Below are positions 37,649 to 45,281 of a stretch of 64,000 nucleotides of DNA, piece after piece. Positions within the stretch are counted from its first letter, which is position 1, and every line of letters starts with the position of its first letter. The DNA comes from Candidatus Parcubacteria bacterium (GTDB lineage Bacteria; Patescibacteriota; Saccharimonadia; UBA4664; JAHWKN01): assembly GCA_019347875.1 (NCBI GenBank), contig JAHWKN010000001.1, positions 6,801 through 70,800 on the forward strand, given 5' to 3'. Under the pieces are notes generated by a model that searched no databases, was not told where the DNA came from, and saw nothing but the letters and a program-made list of their open reading frames with translations. Both the position numbers and the translations under genes were made by a program.

Positions 37649-38269
37649 ATGCATAAGTATTTTAGTAATCAGCGCGGGTTTGCCCTGATACTAGAACTGC
37701 TACTAGCAACCATAGTTATTGCCATTCTGGCTTTCATTGGGCTTAGGATTTATAAAGCAAAACAGAACAACTCTGCGCCAGAAAACATTAACAAAGAGGT
37801 TCGACGTGTATTTGGGTCCAACTTTGATAGTGGGCCCGCTTACACTAAGTGCAGCAAGACAAACAAAGGCAATACGGTTTGCTCAGAATACAAACTGGTT
37901 GAACTTAAAAAAGCTGGCGATTTATGCCAAGATTTCGAACCTATTAATAAGCAATTGGCTGTAGGAGGGTATGTATTTAGCCAAAACACGGAGTACTTTT
38001 TTGACTTTCAAAAAGATGAGGCAGGCAGCGACGATACTTGCTCTCTTCTCAAACAGGCGAGCAAGTTAGAGCCGAACAACGCATTCTCAATAGAAAGAGG
38101 GCTTGTGTATCATCACGGAACGAAAAATACGAGGTTACCTCAATATCGTTTTTATTGCGATTTAAAAGACCTAAGGAGCACAACATCTTTTCTACAAACA
38201 TCTTTTCAGGCCACTCAGGGTTCAGTCGGCTGCGTTGGTCAATACAGCAGAAGCAAGGGGTTCTTTTAG
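37649..38269 (+). CDS. prepilin-type N-terminal domain protein (type IV pilin/pseudopilin-like)
   Basis: MHKYFSNQRG|FALILELLLATIVIAILAFIGL class III signal peptide (Glu at +6). A -10-like TATACT lies upstream. Confidence 0.6.
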   Translation: MHKYFSNQRGFALILELLLATIVIAILAFIGLRIYKAKQNNSAPENINKEVRRVFGSNFDSGPAYTKCSKTNKGNTVCSEYKLVELKKAGDLCQDFEPINKQLAVGGYVFSQNTEYFFDFQKDEAGSDDTCSLLKQASKLEPNNAFSIERGLVYHHGTKNTRLPQYRFYCDLKDLRSTTSFLQTSFQATQGSVGCVGQYSRSKGFF

Positions 38270-38375
38270 AATAGTTCTAACTTCCTCCACGATGGGGAGC
38301 CATGAACTATTCTCTGACGCTCAAGTTCATGGCAACGCCATTTGGTGTTGTTCGGCGAGTAGTTCATGAGAGATT

Positions 38376-38640
38376 ATGAAAGATTTTTATTATGTATACT
38401 TAATTAATAAGCCGGAGGGACGGCTTATTTTATATTGGGTCAACAAACGATGTTGATCGTCGCCTTAAAGAGCATCAAGCTGGCAAGAGCATCTCTACTG
38501 CCAATCGCTTACCTCTTGAGCTCATATATTTTGAAGGACATAGGTCTATTGCTGATGCCAGGCGACGTGAACTCTACTTTAAAACAACCAAAGGTAAAAC
38601 AACGTTAAAAACAAGTAATTCGGGATTCCTTAGCGAAATG
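38376..38640 (+). pseudogene. GIY-YIG nuclease domain gene disrupted by a frameshift
   Basis: Frame 1: MKDFYYVYLINKPEGRLIL then stop. The +1 frame continues IGSTNDVDRRLKEHQAGKS...LELIYFEGHRSIADARRRELYFKTTKGKTTLK. Together these form a complete GIY-YIG motif set split by a 1-nt frameshift near 38435. Confidence 0.6.
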
Positions 38641-38690
38641 ATCTTGCTGAGCAACACAGGGAGGTCGCATGAGCCACAATCCGACCTCCA
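38628..38690 (+). repeat. tRNA-Asn 3'-end-like direct repeat, copy 1 (att-like)
   Basis: ccttagcgaaatgatcttgctgagcaacacagggaggtcgcatgagccacaatccgacctcc. Ends with AATCCGACCTCC, identical to the tRNA-Asn T-arm/acceptor 3' strand. Hairpin GGAGGTCG (38660-38667) / CGACCTCC (38682-38689). Confidence 0.6.
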
Positions 38691-39322
38691 TAGCAATAGT
38701 ACGTATGCTGAAACAGCCGCAAGGCTGTTTTTGTTATGATTGTTCTGTGAAAGTAATAGCACGTATATCTGAAGACGAAATGGTGGCCGAGTTTTTAAAA
38801 GGCGAGGTCATGTCTGAAAGATTTTCTAAGGATTTAGCGGAAACTTGTAAAGAACTGGGCGTAGAAAACAAGATCATAATCAACCCCAACACTAATGACA
38901 AGGTTGAGAATGATCTTCGTCGCAGAGTTCTGTCAAAATATCGGGGCTGGAAGGAAGATCGAGAGTTATTCGAGGATTTTCCTAGTGATCTACTATGGCA
39001 TAAAGCAGAACTTACCGTTGATGATTTACTGAATTCAAAATACGTCGATTATAGCTATTGGAATGAACTAAGCAATAACGCCCGTCTAGTCAGAGAGGGG
39101 GCGGCCAGTGTTAAGGCTGGAAAAGTGGTGTTCGATGTCAGTAACGATCGTTTTTGGAGGGTGGCGGAAGCTATTGAGAGCGGCACTGAAATGCCGCCAC
39201 TAATTTTGGTACAAAAAGGTGGACAGTTAGAAATCCTTGAGGGCCATTTGCGTGCGACAGCCTACTGCTTAGCAAATAAGTTACCGTCGGTTATTCAAGG
39301 CATTGTAGGGAAGACTAACTAG
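38669..39322 (+). CDS. hypothetical protein with a C-terminal ParB/Srx-like motif
   Basis: C-terminal PPLILVQKGGQLEILEGHLRATAY resembles the ParB/sulfiredoxin GxxRxxA nuclease-fold motif. The listed ATG lies in the loop of repeat copy 1, so a downstream start (MVAEF...) is possible. Confidence 0.5.
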   Translation: MSHNPTSIAIVRMLKQPQGCFCYDCSVKVIARISEDEMVAEFLKGEVMSERFSKDLAETCKELGVENKIIINPNTNDKVENDLRRRVLSKYRGWKEDRELFEDFPSDLLWHKAELTVDDLLNSKYVDYSYWNELSNNARLVREGAASVKAGKVVFDVSNDRFWRVAEAIESGTEMPPLILVQKGGQLEILEGHLRATAYCLANKLPSVIQGIVGKTN

Positions 39323-39352
39323 CTCTGGCTGCAAATATAGTTTGAAAATCGT

Positions 39353-39416
39353 CCCAGAGGGGGAGCCATAGTACTTATGCTTAGCGCTAATGGCCGTTTT
39401 GTTATGATGTATACAT
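39353..39416 (+). repeat. about 55-bp leader element, copy B, upstream of the acidic-protein gene
   Basis: cccagagggggAGCCATAGTACTTATGCTTAgcg...ggccgttttgttatgatgtatac. Embeds an ATG starting MLSANGRF..., compared with MLKRSKGRF in copy A. Confidence 0.55.
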
Positions 39417-39433
39417 TCACAAGGAGGATTGTT

Positions 39434-39670
39434 ATGCCTGAAAAGCCGTCGCCCGAGAACAAGGATGAGCTACCAGAAAAAACAGAAGGGCTCGATGAGT
39501 ATACTCAATACGGGCATGACCTTGAAGATGCGATGCACGAGGCTAGCGATGATGTGCCCGAGGATAAAAGCCGGCCGACGGACGACCAAATAGAGCGTCC
39601 AACTCAGGAAGAAAAACTACAATACGGGCACGACCTAGATGATGCCTTGCATGAAGGTGGCGAAAATTAG
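39434..39670 (+). CDS. small hyper-acidic protein with an internal tandem repeat (QYGHDL-DA-HE)
   Basis: Strong RBS AAGGAGG 6 nt upstream of the ATG at 39434. 78 aa with about 30% Asp/Glu. Repeats EYTQYGHDLEDAMHEASDD and KLQYGHDLDDALHEGGEN. Confidence 0.5.
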   Translation: MPEKPSPENKDELPEKTEGLDEYTQYGHDLEDAMHEASDDVPEDKSRPTDDQIERPTQEEKLQYGHDLDDALHEGGEN

Positions 39671-39705
39671 TTTTCTGCTTCTCGTTAAGCAGCCGCTCGG
39701 TCGTT

Positions 39706-39773
39706 CCTTAGCAAAATGATCTTAACGAGCACCGCAGGGAGGTCGCGCAGTAACAATCCGACGTCCGGAGCCA
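39706..39773 (+). repeat. tRNA-Asn 3'-end-like direct repeat, copy 2 (att-like)
   Basis: ccttagcaaaatgatcttaacgagcaccgcagggaggtcgcgcagtaacaatccgacgtccggagcca. The last 20 nt match the tRNA-Asn 3' end AATCCGACCTCCGGAGCCA at 19/20. Confidence 0.6.
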
Positions 39774-39837
39774 TGGCCGGAAGCTCAGGCTTTGCTTAGG
39801 GCAACGGCCATGTTCATGGGCGCACTTTAACCCCAAG

Positions 39838-40782
39838 CTACAACTGGCTCTCAAGACCCTTGCTGACTTGTTCTATCAACTGATTTAGGCGCGACTTGAG
39901 CTGGTTGTTCTCGGCCTCCAGCTCGCGAATGCGGTACTCCCTGCCCACAAAATTAACATTTAATTGCCGTAGCTCCTTGGCTCGTTTTTCGAGTTCAGAT
40001 GTTCTAGTCAAAACCTTCTTTTCTAGCTGGCTGTTAGCTTCCAGAAGCTGCTCTTTGCTTTTTTTAAGCTCCAGCTCGTTCCTCTCGAACTCAAAAATAT
40101 TTGTTAACATTCTTGATACTTCTTTTTCCGCGGCTCCATTTTCATTTGAAGGAGTGTATTCCTCCGGCGGTTTGTAGTAGAAGTTTTTGCATACCAACCC
40201 GCCAATTATGACAACCGGGTGAGTATAAATTACCTCCCGTAAAATCTCCGGCGAAAACCGCTCTGCGCTGTATTGGCAAAGACCCACAGCTTTATACTTA
40301 GGAAAAAGTTCCCGATTCATCTTTGATTCATATTCCAATAATCGTTCTGAGCCAGGACTTCCTCCCAGCTGCCAACTCATTTCGGCCGCGCCTCGAACCG
40401 CTCTGTACCCATTTGCCTCTGCTTGCTTGGAAGCATCGGCGAAAAAGCCGATAGACTTATCTGGATCAAAAACCCCGTCTATTAAATATGAATTTTGTTT
40501 TGTAGCGGTGATAAGCTGGCTGTTACCTTGAACGGACTTCGTCTTAATGCCTACTTGCTTGAGGGCTTCATTTACGTCTTCAGTGGAGTTGTCGTCTGCT
40601 ACATAAACGCACTGGTCGTTTTGTTCTAAGCCAGCTTTTATGAATGCAGAGGCCGTAACTAAGGCCTCCTGCTTGTCCCGATAAATCAAGCAGATGTGGT
40701 CGTGCAGGCGGGTATTAGCCACGGTCTGTATTGACCTGTCGTTTGGACGAGGAATGTTTTTGAATGCCACAAGCATAGACAC
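39838..40782 (-). CDS. MEDS-domain (DcmR-like sensory) protein with a C-terminal coiled coil
   Basis: N-terminal HICLIYRDKQEALVTASAFIKAGLEQNDQCVYVADDN matches the MEDS start motif (H-x-[CL]-x-x-Y). The C-terminal 90 aa form heptad-rich coiled coil (ELELKKSKEQLLEANSQLEKK...). Low-GC codon usage. Confidence 0.55.
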   Translation of the reverse strand: MSMLVAFKNIPRPNDRSIQTVANTRLHDHICLIYRDKQEALVTASAFIKAGLEQNDQCVYVADDNSTEDVNEALKQVGIKTKSVQGNSQLITATKQNSYLIDGVFDPDKSIGFFADASKQAEANGYRAVRGAAEMSWQLGGSPGSERLLEYESKMNRELFPKYKAVGLCQYSAERFSPEILREVIYTHPVVIIGGLVCKNFYYKPPEEYTPSNENGAAEKEVSRMLTNIFEFERNELELKKSKEQLLEANSQLEKKVLTRTSELEKRAKELRQLNVNFVGREYRIRELEAENNQLKSRLNQLIEQVSKGLESQL

Positions 40783-41043
40783 ATTCTATATCTTTTGACT
40801 ACGATTACCATGGGACATTTCCTAATAGGCAGTAATTGGGCGTTTGGTCATCCTAAATGAAACCATAAGCCCGATATGATTGAAGTCTTAGGTAGCAGAC
40901 AGCTAATAGCCGTCTTAGAGGCTGAGCAATAGCTCGGCCTCTTTAATTTCATGGGTAGAAGCTCGTAACTTGTCTGCTAAGGGGAGTCACAGGACGTCGC
41001 TCGACTTGATGCCGACCTATGCCCAAAACGGCGATAAACGTCG

Positions 41044-41922
41044 GTGCTTGTCTTTGGAACGAAAAAGCATGATATTCTGGTATTCGTGAGTAAAGAGTTT
41101 CAACATGCGTCTTTAAAGTTGGTCCAAAAAAGCCCAATTATATTTACATCGTTCTCTAAGCAAAACTTTTATTTGCGATCCGACATATCAACTTTTGTGC
41201 TACTGCAAGGTGCCACGCCAATAAGCCCATTTATGAACTTTGACTATAATCTGGCGGGCTTAGTACCGAAGGACCTTATTCGCATAGCTAACAACACATT
41301 GATTACCCATTGCGATGAGCTTTGGGTGTTTGGTGGTGTCAGCGATGGGGTGCTGGTCGAGGTATACTTTGCCAAAAAGTACCACAAGAAGGTCCGCTAT
41401 TTTATTCCAACAAAGAAGAGTCATTCATTCGAAGAAGTTCAGCAGCGCTTCGTAGCCCTCGAAGACGTGTCGCCCTGGATGTGGGAGTGGGTGGCGGAGG
41501 GCAAAAAATTAGAGCGATGGCACCCGAGACTTCGCTTTAATAAAACTTACTCGCTCGTTTATCCGGCTTACTCAAAGCGTAACTTTTACTGGCAGGTGCA
41601 CATTAGCCAGTTCTGTCTTAATCATAAGAAGATCCCGCTCAACCCATTTATGCTCTTTCGCTACTTTTTAGGCGATGCCGTGCCGCGCGACAGGGTGTAC
41701 ATCGCGAACAACAACATAGTCAGGCGCTGTGATGAGGTTTGGACATTTGGCGAGATTAGCGACGGCGTACTGGGAGAAGTAAAAATGAAAAAAGCCCTAG
41801 GGCACCCGGTTAAGTACTATAAAATTGCCCAAACAAATCCGGTAGTTTTTCGCAGAATCGGCGCCAAATCAGTTGCATTCGAAGATGTCGAATTAGAACA
41901 GTACCGCGACATTCTTGCTTAG
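41044..41922 (+). CDS. protein with two tandem SLOG/LOG-like (nucleoside 2-deoxyribosyltransferase-superfamily) domains
   Basis: Two repeats of about 140 aa, about 40% identical (SKQNFYLRSDISTF...CDELWVFGGVSDGVLVEVYFAKKYHKKVRYF versus SKRNFYWQVHISQF...CDEVWTFGEISDGVLGEVKMKKALGHPVKYY). The [FW]GG/E-x-SDGVL-x-EV segment resembles the LOG PGGxGTxEE motif. Assignment is by motif only. Confidence 0.5.
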   Translation: MLVFGTKKHDILVFVSKEFQHASLKLVQKSPIIFTSFSKQNFYLRSDISTFVLLQGATPISPFMNFDYNLAGLVPKDLIRIANNTLITHCDELWVFGGVSDGVLVEVYFAKKYHKKVRYFIPTKKSHSFEEVQQRFVALEDVSPWMWEWVAEGKKLERWHPRLRFNKTYSLVYPAYSKRNFYWQVHISQFCLNHKKIPLNPFMLFRYFLGDAVPRDRVYIANNNIVRRCDEVWTFGEISDGVLGEVKMKKALGHPVKYYKIAQTNPVVFRRIGAKSVAFEDVELEQYRDILA

Positions 41923-42026
41923 GGTTAGGAAGAGGGATTTTGGTGGCATAATTAGTATCAGAGAGCAACAAAGGGTGTCGCTTCGGGGCTCGATGCTACG
42001 CCCGTCAAAGACGCATAAGGAGAGAG

Positions 42027-43175
42027 ATGCCAAAGAAAGATTATTCGCGGATTGCGCTTGAGGAGCACAAAAAGCTGCGCGGCAAAATTTCGGTGTCGCC
42101 GAAAGACGCCTTTGATGACAAAGAAAAGCTGGCTATTTACTACACACCCGGCGTCGCTGCTGTTAGTAGTTATATAGCAGAGCACCCCGACGAAGCACCA
42201 GAATACACCTGGATAAACAATGCGGTAGCGGTAGTGAGCGACGGATCGTCGGTTCTGGGGCTGGGCAACCTTGGACCGCATGGCGCGTTGCCGGTGATGG
42301 AGGGAAAGTGCATGCTCTTTAAGCATTTTGCCGGCATAGATGCCGTACCCATTGTACTGAACGTCCACAGCGCCGATGAGATCGTAGCGGCGGTTAAGGC
42401 GATCGCGCCGTCCTTCGGCGGTATCAACCTTGAAGACATTGTGGCTCCGATTTGTTTTGAAGTAGAGGAAAGGCTAAAGCAGGAGCTTTCGATCCCTGTC
42501 TTTCATGACGACCAGCACGGAACGGCTATCGTCACGCTGGCCGGACTAATTAACGCTACCGCGCTCACCGGCAAGAGCCTAAGGGAAAGCCGTATTGTCA
42601 TGAGCGGAGTAGGCGCCGCCGGTATCGCCATTTTGAAGTTGATCAAACGGTTCGCTCCTGCTGCCGCTATTGTGGCGGTCGACAGCCACGGCCTCATACG
42701 ACAGGGGCGTTCCGGCCTGAATACGACCAAGCAAGAACTGCTGGATGAGGGCGCTATAAACGGGGAGTTAGCCGGTAATTTGGCCGACGCTCTGGTTGGC
42801 AGCGACATCTTCATCGGCGTATCGCAGCCGGGAGTACTGACGGCTGACATGATCAAATCTATGAACAACGACCCCATCATCTTTGCGATGGCCAATCCGG
42901 TACCGGAGATCATGCCGGATGTAGCCAGAGCAGCGGGTGCGGCCGTGGTCGCTACCGGCCGCAGCGATTTCCCTAACCAGATTAACAACGCCTTGGCCTT
43001 TCCCGGAATCTTTCGCGGCGCGCTCGACAACCGCGTCCGGCACATTACCGATGAACATAAGATTGCAGCGGCACAGGCCATTGCTTCGCTAGTTACCAGC
43101 CCTACTCCAAATGAGGTGATTCCGTCTATCATGGACGAGCGGCTGGTGAAAGCTGTCGCGGGGGTTATTCGGTAG
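42027..43175 (+). CDS. NAD(P)-dependent malic enzyme (short form, no PTA domain)
   Basis: IYYTPGVAAVS, ALPVMEGKCMLFKHFAGIDA, GVGAAGIA NAD(P)-binding motif, FAMANPVPEI. Confidence 0.9.
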   Translation: MPKKDYSRIALEEHKKLRGKISVSPKDAFDDKEKLAIYYTPGVAAVSSYIAEHPDEAPEYTWINNAVAVVSDGSSVLGLGNLGPHGALPVMEGKCMLFKHFAGIDAVPIVLNVHSADEIVAAVKAIAPSFGGINLEDIVAPICFEVEERLKQELSIPVFHDDQHGTAIVTLAGLINATALTGKSLRESRIVMSGVGAAGIAILKLIKRFAPAAAIVAVDSHGLIRQGRSGLNTTKQELLDEGAINGELAGNLADALVGSDIFIGVSQPGVLTADMIKSMNNDPIIFAMANPVPEIMPDVARAAGAAVVATGRSDFPNQINNALAFPGIFRGALDNRVRHITDEHKIAAAQAIASLVTSPTPNEVIPSIMDERLVKAVAGVIR

Positions 43176-43444
43176 TAGAGGCGCCGCCCTCTTTCTTTTT
43201 ATTTGCCATTAGAATATCATTTGCAGCTTCGAGGAACGGCGCAGAAGAAAGGAATATTGAGTACAAGCTTGCTGCTGAAAAATGGCTTAGTAGCCGCTCT
43301 TCCGTTATCTTGATGACCGTGCTACTATTTTGCCAGCCCGAACGGGCTTCCACAGCTTATGGCCTTGCGGCCTATGCGACTGGAGTACATTCACAACTAG
43401 CAAAGCTCATGGCGCTTGCGCCTAAGCGATTGGAGTGGTGACGA

Positions 43445-43972
43445 ATGCCTATGACGATCGAGTGGGTTCTGGAGCAGAAGTACGCTAAGGTGCTTCGCCT
43501 GGACCTTGTACGGCGCACTTACTCACGCAGTTCGGCCAATGAAGGCGTGGATGCGGCTCTGTTTTTCTACAATGGGGACGAGGAAGGCTCCTTCCTGGGA
43601 TACCTGAGGTATCAGGCATCCGAAAGTGGCGGGGGGCATATCGAGTTTGAGTACTCTGGCATACAGAGCGAGTGGTCCACCATGGTGGGCGACATCATCG
43701 CTCATTGGCCCGCGGAATGGAGGGTTACCAGTATCAATCTTTGCCGGCTGGGGATTTGGGACCGAGAGCGCGACCGCATGTGCTGGGAAACGCTCACTCC
43801 GGGCCATCTGCTGGTTACGCAGCATCTTGCCCGAATGTGGGGCGCCGTGGAGCAGTTCAGTGTTTCAAAGAACCCCGACGCTCGCTTCGTGCTGGGATCG
43901 GCTACCGGCGGTCTGCGCACGCAGGTCGCGCGGTGCAACGATGCGATTCGCTCTCTTACCAGGCAGCTATAG
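43445..43972 (+). CDS. hypothetical protein
   Basis: 175-aa ORF with coding-like composition. Two tandem 31-bp hairpin-containing repeats upstream (43356-43387, 43406-43437). No recognisable domain. Confidence 0.4.
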   Translation: MPMTIEWVLEQKYAKVLRLDLVRRTYSRSSANEGVDAALFFYNGDEEGSFLGYLRYQASESGGGHIEFEYSGIQSEWSTMVGDIIAHWPAEWRVTSINLCRLGIWDRERDRMCWETLTPGHLLVTQHLARMWGAVEQFSVSKNPDARFVLGSATGGLRTQVARCNDAIRSLTRQL

Positions 43973-44100
43973 ATAGGAGCATCTATAGAAAAGTCTTAGT
44001 ATAGCGACGCCATAGCCTACGGCAATGCCCGGGCCACTGGCAACAACACCCGAACCGACCACAGCCAATGATCAAGATCTAGGCGACTGGAGGAAGTACC

Positions 44101-45027
44101 TTGCTAGATCAACCCAAAGAACGCGATTTGCTGCAACTACTAGACGCCCGTTGGGGCGAACGAAAGTACGTTTGCGTCGGGCTCGATCCGGTATACGAGC
44201 GCATCCCGCTGTCGGTGCCGGGCAGGCATGAAGGCAGCGATGTAGATCGGCTCGAAAAGGCCGTGGCTTTTTACAACTTCTGCGTGATGCAGGTAAACGC
44301 CACGGCGGACATCGCTGCGGCCTACAAGCCAAACACCGCTTTTTTCGAGGCGGCGGGCGGCTGGGGCTACGAACTGCTAGGCCTGCTGATCCGCCACATC
44401 CGGCGGGAGGCGCCCGGCGTACCCATCATCGTGGACGCCAAGCGAGCCGATATCGGTAAGACCAACGTCGGCACGGCAGAGCTGATCTTCGACATCTACG
44501 AGGCGGACGCGCTGACGGTCAACCCGTACTTTGGCGAGGAGGCGCTGCGACCGTTTCTGAGTCGTCCGCACAAGGGCGTGGTTGTGCTCTGCCGGACCTC
44601 CAATCCGGGAGCGGGTGAGTTTCAGAACATGCTCGTGCGCCCTTCGTTTGAGCAGTTATCGGCGCTCGGCTTGCTCGACAGCGAGTGGGAAAGCATCCCC
44701 CTGTATCAATGGGTGGCCATGCAGGTGCGTCAGTGGCAGACCGAGGGCAGCTGTGCCGTCGTGGTGGGAGCCACCGCTCCTGAGGAGCTGTATGAGACTC
44801 GCCTGATACTGCCCTGGGCGACCATTCTCATCCCAGGCGTGGGCGCGCAGCAGGGCGACCTGGGGAAGTCGGTTCTGAACGGCATGAGTGCCGCCCAAAA
44901 GGCGTTCTTGATCAACGCCGGCAGCAAGGAGCTGTACGCTTCGGCTGGGGCAGATTTCGCCCAAGTAACGCGAGCAGGAGTCAAGACTTTGAACACCAGT
45001 ATCGGCGAGATTCTCGACGCTGCTTAA
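44101..45027 (+). CDS. pyrF: orotidine-5'-phosphate decarboxylase, type 2 family
   Basis: KYVCVGLDP N-terminal motif and long-form (about 300 aa) length typical of the actinobacterial-type OMP decarboxylase. TTG start inferred. Confidence 0.7.
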   Translation: MLDQPKERDLLQLLDARWGERKYVCVGLDPVYERIPLSVPGRHEGSDVDRLEKAVAFYNFCVMQVNATADIAAAYKPNTAFFEAAGGWGYELLGLLIRHIRREAPGVPIIVDAKRADIGKTNVGTAELIFDIYEADALTVNPYFGEEALRPFLSRPHKGVVVLCRTSNPGAGEFQNMLVRPSFEQLSALGLLDSEWESIPLYQWVAMQVRQWQTEGSCAVVVGATAPEELYETRLILPWATILIPGVGAQQGDLGKSVLNGMSAAQKAFLINAGSKELYASAGADFAQVTRAGVKTLNTSIGEILDAA

Positions 45028-45281
45028 TACCGCGGGGGGCGCTCAGGCGCCCCCCGCCCAACCCAAGTTTTCAACTCGATTGAAGCCTTAGGTTGGGCAC
45101 TGAAGGGGAAGCGGTGCGCATTTAGCAAAGCACCTTTGAGCGCTTGCAACCTCTCCATCATCGCCCTTCATGCGAAGCGTCCCGCCCGCATGGAGGGCGC
45201 TTTGCATTTGAGCCTACGAGCGGGCCTTGGGGACGAGAACATCATCAGTAAAACCGGCGTTCTGTAGTCCGGCTGTTAAAG

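Noticed and set aside
38628-39773. Considered calling the two GGAGGTCG...CGACCTCC repeat hairpins tRNA genes, tRNA pseudogenes or a mini CRISPR array
   Set aside because: They lack D and anticodon arms, so they are not tRNAs. There are only two copies 1.1 kb apart with coding sequence between, so they do not form a CRISPR array. An att-like duplication of the tRNA-Asn 3' end fits better.
36650-41950. Looked for an integrase, transposase or recombinase to justify a mobile_element call for the low-GC island
   Set aside because: No ORF on either strand shows tyrosine or serine recombinase motifs (no R..H..R..Y tetrad region, no DDE). The island is therefore reported as a finding, not as a mobile_element feature.
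43165-43353. 62-aa minus-strand ORF downstream of the malic enzyme gene
   Set aside because: It overlaps the malic enzyme 3' end and the hairpin-repeat region. It has no RBS and no conservation cues.
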